A stretch of 64,000 bases of DNA from an uncultured beta proteobacterium (GCA_963808765.1 CAWEHH010000009.1:16038-80037); one strand, 5' to 3'. Positions 20,681 to 31,962 are shown, numbered from the stretch's first letter. The notes: a model not told the origin generated them from the letters alone. Translations and numbers: made by a program.

Positions 20681-21223
20681 CTACCCGCCATCCGCCTCGA
20701 CGAGCGGCATGAAACGTTGCGGCAGCCCGTTCGAGATCGGCATTTGCACATCCACGACGTTCAGCGTGCCGCACAGCACGCGGAACACGCCCGAATGCGC
20801 CACGATCAGCGGAACCGGATCGTCGATCTCGGTCAGCGCCTGGAGCACGCGCGTAGCAAACACTTCCGGAGTCTCCGCGCCCGCAGGCGTCGTCCCGCGC
20901 ACGTGCGCGCTGCGGGGACGTCCTTCCAGCGCGCCCCACGTGCGCTCTGCGATGCCCTGGATGATATGGAGCGGCACGCGCAGCCGCGACGCGATCGGCT
21001 CCGCGGTTTCGCGGGCACGCCTGAGAGGACTCGCATAGATGCCTGTGATCGGCTCGAGCGCGAGCACCGCGGCCACTGTGAGCGCCTGTTCGCGCCCTCG
21101 CGCGGTGAGATCCACGTCGAGCGAGCCGGCGATGAGGCCCGCTGCGTTCGTCTCGGTCTCGCCGTGCCGCACGAAATAGAACGGCCGCGTGAAGAGCGGG
21201 ATGGAGCGCATCATGGATGCCAT
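20681..21223 (-). CDS. Histidine phosphatase (phosphoglycerate mutase-like) family protein
   Basis: Intact 180 aa ORF with FVRHGETETN and SPLRRARETA motifs. Confidence 0.8.
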   Translation of the reverse strand: MASMMRSIPLFTRPFYFVRHGETETNAAGLIAGSLDVDLTARGREQALTVAAVLALEPITGIYASPLRRARETAEPIASRLRVPLHIIQGIAERTWGALEGRPRSAHVRGTTPAGAETPEVFATRVLQALTEIDDPVPLIVAHSGVFRVLCGTLNVVDVQMPISNGLPQRFMPLVEADGG

Positions 21224-21314
21224 CGTGGTGTGTTTGCGCGAAACCAGACTGCAGACTTTACGATCCGCCTCAGGGGCCGCTCAGGAAGACGACGCAGGGA
21301 TGGCGCGATCCGGG

Positions 21315-22394
21315 TCACAGGCGCACCGTCCCTTCGATGGCGACTCGCGCGGGCGCGAACGCAGTCCGCCACGCATCGAGGTGGCGCCGCTCGCCGAATG
21401 CGGGCAGCACCTGGCGCGCATGCGTGCTGCGCACGAGCGCGGCGTTATCGGAAAGACGCGGGTGAACGTTCCAACGCAGATAGGTGGCGCGGCCCGAGCG
21501 AGTGAGGCGTTCGGCAGGCGTCCCGGGCGGAAGGTAGCCGGTGAAAACAATCGCGGGCTTGCTGCGCGATTCCCAGCGCGTGACGAGCTCGGCGGCTCGC
21601 CCGCTCGTCGCGTCCGCGGCGGCGGCAAGCATTACGCCCCGCGGTTCGTCGACGTTCGGTGCACTGCGCGCGATGTCCGAGAGTGCGCTCGCGACGCCGC
21701 TATGAAGGCACTCCCGTGCACTGCCGCACAGCACTTCGAGGCTCGTTCGCATGGCGTCGTCGATCGCGGGCAGGCCACGCCCCATCCGCACGAGATGGAG
21801 CGCGATCTCGGGACCACGGCCGGCAGGCGGCACCGGAAGCAGCACGGCGCCCGAATCGAAAACAGGCTCGAATGCCTCGGCGCATTCCGCAAGCGAGACG
21901 TCGTACGCACCATACGAGGCATCGAGAATAACCGTAGCGGCTTCCGGCGGCAGGTCATACGCATACACCGCCGACTCGCCGCTGGCGTCGCCCATGTAGA
22001 GGAGACCGCCATCGATCGCGAGATGCAGCCAGACGCCGCCGGGGGCGTGGCCGCTGCGGCCCGTCGTGACGCGCACGCCGCAGACCTCGGTCTCGCCATG
22101 GAGCGGCAGTCTTTCACTGCGCGTGTCCGGCGGCAAGGTGCGCCGAACGATATCGGTGGCAAACACCAGCGGGTTTCCGACCTCGCTCAGAAGCGTCAAG
22201 GCGCCGGCATGGTCGCGATGGCCATGCGAAAGAAGAACGGCATCCACGGGCCCCGCGCGTGAAACATCCGGCCACAGCCCCGGCTGCGGACCGTAACCCA
22301 AGTCGAGGAGCAATCGCGCATCGCCGGTCTCGACGAGGAAACACGCAGGCCCCTTCGCGCCCAGCCCGGAGATCGCAGCAAGGGTCGCGCTCAT
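21315..22394 (-). CDS. MBL-fold metallo-hydrolase (short beta-CASP-like)
   Basis: Intact ORF; start taken at MSATLAAISG. HxHxDH motif LLSHGHRDHAG with a later GHAPGG. Confidence 0.75.
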   Translation of the reverse strand: MSATLAAISGLGAKGPACFLVETGDARLLLDLGYGPQPGLWPDVSRAGPVDAVLLSHGHRDHAGALTLLSEVGNPLVFATDIVRRTLPPDTRSERLPLHGETEVCGVRVTTGRSGHAPGGVWLHLAIDGGLLYMGDASGESAVYAYDLPPEAATVILDASYGAYDVSLAECAEAFEPVFDSGAVLLPVPPAGRGPEIALHLVRMGRGLPAIDDAMRTSLEVLCGSARECLHSGVASALSDIARSAPNVDEPRGVMLAAAADATSGRAAELVTRWESRSKPAIVFTGYLPPGTPAERLTRSGRATYLRWNVHPRLSDNAALVRSTHARQVLPAFGERRHLDAWRTAFAPARVAIEGTVRL

Positions 22395-22486
22395 TCGGGT
22401 GTCGCGTCCGGCGCTTTCACGACCCGGCTCCATTTGGCGACCACAAAGGTCAACGAAGCCGCGCTTCGCACATTCACGCCGGTTGC

Positions 22487-22517
22487 CAATGCCCCCTCAC
22501 CCCAACCCTGTCCCCCT
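22487..22517. repeat. Short copy of the CCCCTCACCC-AACCCT-TCCCC repeat
   Basis: gccccctcaccccaaccctgtccccctcac resembles the reverse complement of gggagagggttagggtgagggga at 43525-43547. Confidence 0.4.
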
Positions 22518-23894
22518 CACTTGGCGATCAGGTCCGCCGTTTCGCGCTGAGCCTGACTGCTCGCCGTGTAGTCGACGTTCGGCAGCGTTTCGGTGCGCCA
22601 GAGCTGCTCGAGCAGAGCGCGCGCGCCCGCTTCGCCGATCACCGGCGTCGCGAGCTCGAGAAACTTGTCGTCGACCTCTTCGTCGGTGAGCGGCATCTCG
22701 GGGTCGCCTTTGCGCGTCGGCTGGAAGTGGGCGAGCTTGCGGCCGTCGTTCGTCTCGATCTCGACCTGGGCCGCGCGCTGGTTGCGGATAGCCCTTCGAG
22801 AGCTCGGGGTCGGCGACGACTTCGATTTTCTTCATGAGCGCGCGCACGTCCGGGTCGTTCATGCGATCGGCGAGGAACGCGTTCAGCCGCACGCTGCCGT
22901 GAACCATCGCATGCGCCACCGTGTATTGGATGCTGAACTTCGCCTGATAGTCGCCTTCGGGCGTCGCGTTGTCGATGATGTCGAGACCGGCCTTGTACGA
23001 CGCGAGCCGGATGCTCTTCACGTCCTTGTGCGTGAGCCCGTGCTGCGCTTTCAGCGTCGAGCACCGCGTCGATCGCGGGGAACGTGTGCCCGCAGCAGCC
23101 GTGGTTCTTGAACGTGACGTGATTGATGTGATAGTCGGTGCCGAGGCCGCGTGTGGCTTTCGTCCAGTCGGGATTGACGCTCATCGCCGCGCCGAAACCG
23201 ACTTCGCCTTCGAGGATCTCGAGCGCGCCGGTCACGCCTTTCGCTGCGGCCATCGCCGCCATCGCGCCCGCGTCGGCCGCGTGTCCGCCGTGCAGCGGCT
23301 TGCGTCATCGCCTGCGAGCGGAACGCCTGCTGCAGGCCCGAGGCGAACGTGCCGACGGTGGCGAGCGCGTGCATGAACTGCTCGCGCGTGCAGCCGAGGA
23401 TCGTCGCCACGGCCGCTGCGGCGCCGAAGCAGCCGACCGTTCCGGTCGTGTGCCAGAACTTGTAATGCGAAGGCATGACGGCTTCGCCGATGCGCGTGGA
23501 GACTTCGTAGCCGACGATCACGCCGCGCAGGAATCGTCTCGCCGTTCGCGCCGGTCGCCTGTGCCGCGGCGAGCGCGGCCGAGATGACCGGGCTCCCCGG
23601 GTGATAGCCCGCGTCGCGATAGATGTCGTCGAATTCGACCGAGTGCGACGCGGCGCCGTTGATGAGCGCCGCGGCCCGCAGCGTGGCGCGGCGCCCGGTC
23701 GCGAGACGCGCGCGGCCGCGATCGAGGTCCTCCGCAAACGCCTGCTCCAGCAGTATCGCGGGCGCGACACGGCTTCCCGGGAGCAGCGCCGCGTACCAGT
23801 CGATCACCGCGCGCTTCGCGTGATGGATCACGTCGTGCGGGAGCTTCGAGGTCTGTTCCTTTATCGCGTAGTCGGCGATTCTTTCGAGCAGCAT
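22517..23894 (-). pseudogene. MmgE/PrpD-family protein, at least four frame breaks
   Basis: Pieces from ORFs 23232-23945, 23051-23770, 22639-23262 and 22497-23021, plus a third frame ending ...RETADLIAK* at 22517. PrpD-like motifs: SHSVEFDD, WHTTGTVGCFGAAAA, NHGCCGHTFPAIDA. Confidence 0.8.
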
Positions 23895-24011
23895 GGTGTT
23901 CTCCTGCTGGTATGGTGATTCAGAAATTCGTCCTGGCGACGTCACCCCGGCGAAGCCTGCCCGGATGAAAGTGCGGGGGTCCTGCGCCGGAATGACGACT
24001 GTGGGGCGAAT

Positions 24012-26148
24012 TTACGATTCAGGACAGTCAGTGCTCCGAATCGTCAATGTGCAGTCTCGCACGATCAGGCCATCGACCGCGACGACGCCCTCGCCTTCGG
24101 GCTTCACCATCAGCGGATTGATCTCGGCTTCCGCGATCGTCGGCGACGTGCGCGAGCTGCGAAAACGAGCTGACCGCTTTGGCGAGCGCGCCGCAATCGC
24201 CGTGCGGCATGCCGCGATAGCCGCGGATCACCGCGAGGCCTTTGACTTCGTCGATCATCTTCCGCGCCTCGCGTTCGCTCACCGGCGCGAGCCGCACGGC
24301 GAAATCCTTGTAGATCTCGGCGAGCACGCCGCCCACGCCGAGCAGCACCACGGGACCGACCTGGCGGTCGCGTTTGTAGCCGAGGATCACCTCGGCGAGG
24401 CCTTTCTCCATGCGCTGCACGAGGATGCCTTCGATCGCCGCGTCCGGATGTTCGGCTGCGCGACGCGCTCGAGGATGTCCGGGCGGCGCGGTGCGAGCGC
24501 CTCGGCAGTCGGCGATGTTCAGAACGACGCCGCCTGCATCGGTCTTGTGCAGGATGTCGGGCGAAAGAATTTTCGCCGACGACGGGGAAAGGCACGCCGC
24601 GTTGGCTGATCGGCGGTCGTCAGACCTCGGCTCGCGGCGACGGGGAATGCCGAGCGTGTCGAAAAACTCTGCCCGAACGGTATTCGTCGAGCCGTGCGCC
24701 AGCCTGCGCGAGCAGCGCCGTGGCGGCGGCGATCTGCTCGCTTCGCGCGGCGCCGGCATTTCGATCGGCGGCGTCCAGTCGCGCCAGGCGCGGATCGCAT
24801 CGGCGCACGATTCGGGCGTTCTGAAACCGGCGATGCCGGCGTCGGCGAGCAGCTTGAGCGAAGTCTTCCGCATGCGGCGCGGCGAACGACGCGAGCGGCT
24901 TGCCGTGGGTATCGGCTTCGATCAGCGGCTCGATCGCGACCTGCGGCTGGAACTGCGCCGAGCTGCCGGCGACCGCAAGCACGAGATCGCAGTGATCGGA
25001 GGCGAGCAACGCGTTGAGCACCGCGCTGTAGATTTCTTGCTTCGCACCGGCGAGCGTGAGATCGGTGAGGCGTGCGTTGCTCACGCGGATGTTCTTGTCG
25101 GCGAGCGCCGAGATGACCTGCTGCGTCGGACCTACGACCTCGACCCCGAGCGTGCCGAGACGATCGACGACGCTTGCGGCGCCTCCGCCTGTCGTCGTCA
25201 TCACCGCGACGCGATGCCGCTGCGAAGGCTTGTGGCCGCGTAGCAGCGCCGGCAGCTCGAACAGATTCTCGAGCGTGTCGACGCGCACGATCGAATGCGC
25301 GCGGAAGAACGCGTCTGCCATTTCGTCCGAGCCTGCCATCGCCCCGGTATGCGAGGCGGCGAGGTCCTGGCCGACTTCGGAGCGCCCGAGCTTGTAGACG
25401 ATGACCTGCTTGCCCGCAGCGTAGGCGCGCCGCGCGGCGTGTGCGAGCTTGTCGCGCGTCGCGCAGCGTTTCCATGAAAAGCAGGATCGTCTGCGTGTGC
25501 GGGTCGTCGACGAGGAGATCGGCGAACTCGCCGACGCTCAGGTCCGATTCGTTGCCGACGGAGATCAGCTTCGAGAAGCCGACGCCGCGTCCGAGCCCGC
25601 GCGACATGAGGCCGCCGAGCATGCTGCCGCTCTGCGAGACGATCGCGAGCGGCCCCACCTTGATCTCCGCCATTTCGAGCACGGCATTGACGGAGATCGC
25701 GCAGCCCGGGGTCGGTGGTGACAAGGCCGATGCAGTTCGGGCCGATCAGGCGCACGCCGCCCGCCCGCGCGATCTCGAGGATGCGTTCCTGCGCCTGCCG
25801 GCCTTCCGGGCCGGTCTCGGCGAAGCCGTCGCTGTAGATCGTCGCGACCGCAACGCCCTTCGCCGCGCACTGCTCGACGGCTGCCTGCACCGCCTTCGCC
25901 GGCACCATGATGAACGCGTGATCGACGGCTCGGGGATCGACGCGATGTCGGGGTACGCCTTCTCGCCGAAGATTTCGTCACGGCCGGGATTCACGGGAAC
26001 GATGCGCCCGCGGTAGCCGTGCTTGCGAAGATAGCGCTGAGGCCGCGAAGTGTTCTTCGTCGCGTCGCCCGATGCGCCGACGAGCGCGATCGAGCGCGGC
26101 TCGAACAGCGCCTGGAAGAGCTCTTTGCCTGTTGCGGGTGTGTCTCAT
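24012..26148 (-). pseudogene. ADP-forming acetate/acyl-CoA ligase family protein (CoA-binding + succinyl-CoA-synthetase-like + ATP-grasp), at least eight frame breaks
   Basis: The ATG overlaps the ACAD stop (ATGA). Recoverable segments: FEPRSIALVGASGD, RLIGPNCIGL, GPLAIVSQSGS, LISVGNESD, ASHTGAMAGSD, VAVMTTTGGGAS, ILSPDILHKTDAGGV, GYRGMP. They are scattered over all three frames. Confidence 0.8.
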
Positions 26149-27298
26149 TTCGGCGGGCGCTGCGAGAACGTGCGCTCGAAGACGCCTTCCGCGATGCGGT
26201 TCTTGAGAATCTCGATCGAGCCGCCGGCGATCATCCAGCCGCGGCACTTGCGGAAGCACCATTCGATGAGCGTGTCGCGCGTGTAGCCCATGCCGCCCAT
26301 GACCTGCATCGCTTCGGACGCGATCTCGAAGCCGGCCTGGTTGCAGAACACTTTCGCGATCGCCGTTTCCTCCGCCGAAGGCATGCCGCGATCGGCGTTC
26401 AGCGCGGCGCGGTAGAGCAGGAGCTGGCCCGCGTCGAGCTTCACCTTCATGTCGGCGAACTTCCATTGCAGGCCCTGGAATTCGGCGAGCGAGCCGGCCG
26501 AACTGCTTGCGCTGCAAGGCCCACTGCCGCGCGGTCTCGTAACAGTAGCGGCCGAGTGCAAGCGAGCGGGCGGTGTTGCCGATGCGCTCGACGTTGAAGC
26601 CGGCGATCTGCTTCTTGAAGCCGCCTTCGCGCAGCAGCACGTTCTCGGGCGGCACGTAGACGTTGTCGAACCACGTGGTGACCCATTCCTCGCCGTTCAC
26701 GAAGAACGAGGGCTTGCCCTGCTTCACGCCTTCGGCCTGGATGGGGATCAGCACGGAGCCGATGCCGTTCACGCCCGGGCCGTAGCGCACGTACACGACC
26801 ATCACGTCGGCGTAGGGCGCGTGCGTCGTGAAGATTTTTTCGCCGGTCACGCGATAGCCTTTGCCATCCGCCGTGGCGGTGGTCTTCAGGTCGGTGACGG
26901 CGGAGCCCGCTTCGGGCTCGGTCATGCCGACGCAGATCACGCCTTCACCGGCAAGGAGGCGCTTCAGATAGCGTTCCTTCTGCTCGTCGGTGCCGTACTC
27001 CGCGAGCACGCGGATCGCCCCGAAATTGCCGGCCTGCACGACGTCCGCGCTGCGCGGACACACCAGCGCAACGGTCTCGATCGCGATGACGGCGTCCATG
27101 AGCGTGCCGCCCTGACCGCCGTCTTTTTCGGGAATCGTGATGCCGAGCAGACCCTGCTGGGCCATCAGCTTCGAAACGTCCCATGGATGCTCCGGCGCGT
27201 GCGCGCGCTCGAGCGCGCCTTCGCGCAAGATGGCGCTCGGCGAAGCCGCGAACGGCGTCGCGAAATGTCTCCTGGTCGGACGTGAGCTGGAAGTTCAT
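26145..27298 (-). pseudogene. Acyl-CoA dehydrogenase, two frame breaks
   Basis: MNFQLTSDQETFRDAVRGFAE (ORF 26945-27298), middle part from ORF 25978-27228 (GMTEPEAGS, KIFTTHA), C-terminus from ORF 26145-26561 (QVMGGMGYTRD). Breaks near 27230 and 26500. Confidence 0.85.
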
Positions 27299-27408
27299 GG
27301 CGGAGAACTACCGGCGGAGGAGCATGACGATTCTAATCGGTGAGCGGACGCAGCGATCTGGAAGCAGGCGCCCGTGAGAAGCAACTGGCGCTCAAATGCT
27401 CTGCTGGT

Positions 27409-27534
27409 CCTGGATTCTGGATCGAGCGCCTGGCGGCTGTCCAGAATGACGTCCTGGATGAGTATCGCGTCGTGCCTTCGCTGCGTTCGCGGAGAAAACA
27501 AGACGTCATTCTGGCGCGAGGCCAGAATCCAGGG
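27409..27534. repeat. Pair of inverted REP-like units
   Basis: cctggattctgg...ccagaatgacgtc and gacgtcattctggcgcgaggccagaatccaggg. Confidence 0.6.
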
Positions 27535-27590
27535 CGTTCAACAACGAGCGCACGCTGGTGTCGACGCGCCGCTCTTGCTCCCAAGCGCTC

Positions 27591-28977
27591 CTAGGCCCTC
27601 AACAACGACCGCAGATTGCGCATGCTGGACACGTCCTCCAGCGTCCAGACGGTATCGCACAGAAGCCGCGCGCGCTTCTTGCCGAGGATCGGCGACATGA
27701 GGTGGAAGCATTTCTCGTCGACCTCCGCGCGCGTCATCGGATTGTCCGCCGTGCCGCGCACGGCTTTGACGTGGTGTCGCAGCTCGCGCCCGTTCTTCAG
27801 CGTGAGCTCGACGATGCCTTGCCGCGACGGCAGGGCTTTGGTGAGCGCGTCGTCGCCGTAGAGCTCGATGCGGCTGCGCAGGTCGAGCACCTTCTTGTCC
27901 TTCATGCGCTTCTCGTCGTGCGCCGACTCGAACGTGACGATGCCGTCGATCAGCATCACCGCGCACATGTGCTGGAGGCAGATGTCGGGCATGTCGCGGT
28001 TGTTCACGGTGTTCGCGCCCTGATGCGCCACGCGCACGACGAGCTTCTTCACGTCGTCCGCATGACCTTGTTCGTGCGGATCAGGTCGAGCAGGCCGTCG
28101 AGCGGCGCCTGGATCGGCGAGCCCACCGACCAGCGCTTGATGTTGGTGTTCATGACTTCGAAGGTCGTGCCGAGATCCTGGACCAGGCGCTCGGGCTCGG
28201 GCGCCTTGCCGGTGCGCGTCGACTCGTCGTAGGCGACGAAGAAGTTGCGCTCGCCGGAGAAGACGTCCTCCACGCCCGTGAAGCCGTGCGCGACCATGAC
28301 GGCCGCCGCGACGCCGTTGCGCGCGGGCATGCCGCCGAAGTCGAACGCTTTCTCGATGTGCTCGGCGTCGCGCATCCAGCACGAGACGCCGGAGGCCTGC
28401 TGCGCGGTGTACGAGAGCAGGTGGCGCACCTGGTCGTACTTCGAGCCCCGCGAGCGACCGGCGGCGGCCGCCGCGCCGAACATCGGCCCGAAGCTGTGCG
28501 TCGAGTGGCCGACCTCGCGGAAGTCGTACGCGTGCAGCGACATGGTCATGCGCAGCCCACGTCGTAGCCGAGCGCGACCGCGCGCAGGAACGCGTTGCCG
28601 TTGCTCTGCTCGCGCTCGGCCATCGCGAGCGCGGCCGGCACGATGCCGCAGCCGGGATGCGTCAGCGAAGGCGCGTGCGAATCGTCGGTTTCGTCGGCGT
28701 GCGCGAGCATGCCGTTCGCCAGCGCGGCGTTGATGGCGCTCGTGACGATGCGCGAGCCGATCACCGTCGCTTCGGCGGTTCCGCCCTGTGTCTTGATGTA
28801 CGAGATCGCCTGCTCGCCGGGCAGCAGCCTCGAGCCCGAGACCATGGCCGCGATCGTGTCGAGCACGTGATGCTTCGTCTTCTCGGCGACCGGCTTCGGC
28901 AGCGGCTTCTTACCCGCGCGCGAAATGTAGGTCGCGAGCTCGTGCATGACGGGCGAGATTTCGGTTTTTGTTTTCAT
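27591..28977 (-). pseudogene. MmgE/PrpD-family protein (second paralogue), two frame breaks
   Basis: ORFs 28546-29139 (start at MKTKTEISPV), 28049-28549 and 27591-28382. AHADETDDSH, HSTHSFGPMFGAAAAAG, KRWSVGSPIQAP. Breaks near 28550 and 28070. Confidence 0.8.
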
Positions 28978-29101
28978 GGGAGGGCTCCGAGGGTCCACTG
29001 TTGCCGAAGGGTGCGTGCGGCGAGCGCAGATGCCCGGAGCGGGGCGAGCGATTGTAGCAGATCGGCTAGAATAGCCCGCTCGCAAAAACCGGAGCAGCTT
29101 G

Positions 29102-29597
29102 ATGGATAGCCCCCTCGTAGGCGTCGTGATGGGCAGCACGAGCGATTGGGACGTGATGCAGCACGCCGCCCGCCAGCTGAAGGATTTCGGCGTGAGTTAC
29201 GAAGCGCGCGCGTTGTCGGCTCATCGCACGCCCGAGCTTCTCTTCGAGTGGATCGAGAAGATGGTTGCAGGCGGCGCCAAGTGCTTCATTGCCGGCGCGG
29301 GCGGTGCGGCTCACCTCGCCGGCGTGGTCGCAGCCAAGACGACGCTGCCGGTGCTCGCGGTGCCCATGCCGAGCAGGCATCTTGGCGGACTCGATTCACT
29401 GCTGTCGATGGTGCAGATGCCGAAAGGCATACCGGTTGCAACGTTTCGCGATCGGAGATGCCGGCTCGGCGAACGCGGGACTCTTCGCCGTTGCGATGCT
29501 CGCGATCGAGGACGCGCGGCTCGCCGAACGCCTGCGGGCGTTTCGAGCGAAGCAGGCGGAAAGCGTCGCAGCCGCGAAACTCCCCGAGCTCTCCTGA
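29102..29597 (+). pseudogene. purE: N5-carboxyaminoimidazole ribonucleotide mutase, one frame break
   Basis: [27 protein letters not shown], then the frame of ORF 29265-29597 ([13 protein letters not shown]). Break near 29450. Confidence 0.85.
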
Positions 29598-29671
29598 AAC
29601 AAGCGGGCGAGCCCTCTTTTGACACCGACCATTGAAAAGCGGGTCTGTCCCGTTTTCGGTTTAGCCAGCAC

Positions 29672-30565
29672 ATGACCACGCCTCTCTATCAAAGCGATCT
29701 GAAGAGCCTTCCATTCCTGCATCGCGGCAAGGTCCGCGATCTCTACGCCGTGCGGCGAGGACAAGCTGCTCGTGATCCAGAGCGATCGGTTGAGCGCTTT
29801 CGACGTCGTCCTGCCCGACCCGATTCCGGGCAAAGGCGAAGTCCTGACCGAGCTATCGTTCTTCTGGTTCGAGAAGCTCGGGCACGTCATCCCGAATCAT
29901 CTGACCGGCGCGACGCCGGAATCGGTGGTTGCCGCGGACGAACGTGAGCAGGTGGCCGGCCGCTCGATGGTCGTGCGCAGGTTGAAGCCGCTGCTCGTCG
30001 AGGCCGTGGTTCGCGGCTACATCATCGGCTCGGGCTGGAAGGACTATCAGGAGACCGGCGCGATCTGCGGAATCAAGCTCCCGCGGGGACTTGAAGCAGG
30101 CGCAGAAGCTCCCGCAGCCGATGTTCACGCCGGCGTCCAAAGCGCCGATGGGCGAGCACGACGAGAACATCGATTTCGAGACGATGGTGCGCACGATCGG
30201 CGACCGCCGCCTGGCGCGAACGCGTGCGCGACGTGTCCATTCAGCTCTACAGCGAAGCCGCCGACTATGCCGCGCAGCGCGGCATCATCATCGCCGATAC
30301 CAAATTCGAGTTCGGCACCGATGAGAAGGGCGAGCTCGTGCTGATCGACGAAGCGTTGACGCCCGACTCCTCGCGCTTCTGGCCCGCGTCCGAATATCGC
30401 ACCGGTATCAGCCCGCCGAGCTTCGACAAGCAGTTCGTGCGCGACTGGCTGGAGACGCAGCCGTGGAACAAGAAGGCGCCCGCGCCGCGATTGCCTGCCG
30501 ACGTGATCCGGCAGACGTCCGAGAAGTATCGGGAAGCGCTGCGGCTGCTTACTCGTGGATCGTGA
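29672..30565 (+). pseudogene. purC: Phosphoribosylaminoimidazole-succinocarboxamide synthase, three frame breaks
   Basis: ORFs 29672-, 29772-, 30091- and 30224-30565 join. [52 protein letters not shown]. Breaks near 29755, 30095 and 30215. Confidence 0.85.
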
Positions 30566-30769
30566 CTCGTGGATCGTGGCTCGTAGTCGTGACCGGTGAT
30601 CTGGAGCTCATGCAACGGGACACGCCTCCCTTCTGGATGCGCCAGGCAGGCAAGGTACGGGCGCTATGTCTGCGTGGCAATCATCGCGGGCGGCGATCCG
30701 GAGGTTTCTCGTTGCGTGTGCACTCACACCTGACGCGTCACGAGTCACGAGTCACTTAGTCACGTCACC
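30551..30769. repeat. Inverted arrays of CGTGACT/CGTGGAT short tandem repeats flanking ~135 bp
   Basis: Left arm, 30551-30593: ACTCGTGGATCGTG x2 plus GCTCGTAGTCGTGA, overlapping the purC stop. Right arm, 30731-30769: gtcacgagtcacgagtcacttagtcacgtcac, close to its reverse complement. Confidence 0.5.
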
Positions 30770-30772
30770 TCG

Positions 30773-31751
30773 ATGGATCGCGCGGCGATCGCCCATGCGG
30801 TCGACGTCCTCCGCGCCGGCGGGCTCGTCGCGTTTCCCACCGAGACCGTCTACGGGCTCGGCGGCGATGCGTCCAATGCATCCGCCATCAAGAAGATCTA
30901 CAGTGCCAAGGGCCGGCCGCGCAATCACCCGCTGATCGTCCATGTACGCTCGCTCTCGCAGGTGGACGATTGGGCCCGTGAGATTCCGCCGGCTGCCGAG
31001 CGTCTGGCGCAGCGCTACTGGCCGGGGCCGCTCACGCTCGTCTTCAAGCGCGCGCCCGGCGTGAACGAGCTCGTGACAGGCGGGCAGGACACGATCGCGC
31101 TACGGGTGCCCTCGCATCCAGTCGCGCAGGCGTTGCTGGAGGCTTTCGGCGGCGGCATCGCGGCGCCTTCCGCGAACCGCTTCGGCCGCGTCTCGGCAAC
31201 GACGGCGGAGCACGTGCGCAGCGAATTCGGATCGGTCGTCGATTGCGTGCTCGACGGAGGCGCGGCGGACGTCGGCATCGAATCGACCATCGTCGACGTC
31301 TCTGGAGCCCGTCCTGCGTTGCTGCGTCCCGGCTCGATCACGGCGCAGGAAATCGAATCGACGCTCGACGAACGGCTCGCCGCGCCCGGCGCGGCCTCCC
31401 CGCGCGCTCCCGGCACGCTGCCGAAACACTACGCGCCGCAAACGCCGCTCATGCTGATGGAAGCCGATCTCATGCTCGAGCTTGCTTCGAGCATGGTGCG
31501 GCAGGGCGAACGCGTTGCCGTGCTCGCGCGCTCCGCGGTGCGACCGGTGCTCGAAGGCGTCACATGGATCGCCGCGCCGAGCGATGCCGCGGCGTTACGC
31601 GCACGATCTCTACGCGCACCTGCGCGTGCTCGACCGGGCCGGCTGCAGTGCGATATTGGTCGAGCGGCCGCCGCTCGAACCGGCATGGGCCGCGATACAC
31701 GACCGGCTGATGCGCGCGGCCTCGGGCTCGGCCCCTCTCGACGCGACCTGA
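30773..31751 (+). pseudogene. tsaC: L-threonylcarbamoyladenylate synthase (Sua5/YrdC long form), one frame break
   Basis: FPTETVYGLGGDA, KGRPRNHPLIVH, APSANRFG, LRPG. The C-terminus comes from ORF 31482-31751. Break near 31590. Confidence 0.85.
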
Positions 31752-31798
31752 CCTGCTGCTCAAAAACAAACCCCGCCGAGGCGGGGTCTGCAAAGTTG

Positions 31799-31916
31799 CC
31801 TGGAACCAGCCCCTTACCGGTGAGCGGGGGCCGTGGAACGGCGGGGTCCCCGCTCACGAAGCATTCCGGCGCCGATTAGAATTTCCATCAAGATGTACGA
31901 GGCCTTGAGCAGAACG
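31799..31916 (+). repeat. ~115-nt structured intergenic repeat, copy B
   Basis: Contains the invariant 30-mer inside a 10-bp stem (GTGAGCGGGG...CCCCGCTCAC), then GTACGAGGCC and GCAGAACG. Confidence 0.65.
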
Positions 31917-31962
31917 TGCAGGGCTGCGTAGGGCGGCGAGCCCGGAGCCAAGCACCCCCACG

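Noticed and set aside
20681-22394. The histidine phosphatase plus MBL-fold hydrolase pair as a functional two-gene system.
   Set aside because: Both are common stand-alone housekeeping-type families separated by a 90-nt gap. Nothing in the sequence links them beyond adjacency.
29636-29660. The CGGGACAGACCC / GGGTCTGTCCCG motif shared by the purE-purC spacer and the terminator at 55531-55567, as another repeat family.
   Set aside because: Only two occurrences are seen. One is fully explained as a terminator hairpin, and the other is a single arm with a T-run. That is not enough for a family call from this window.
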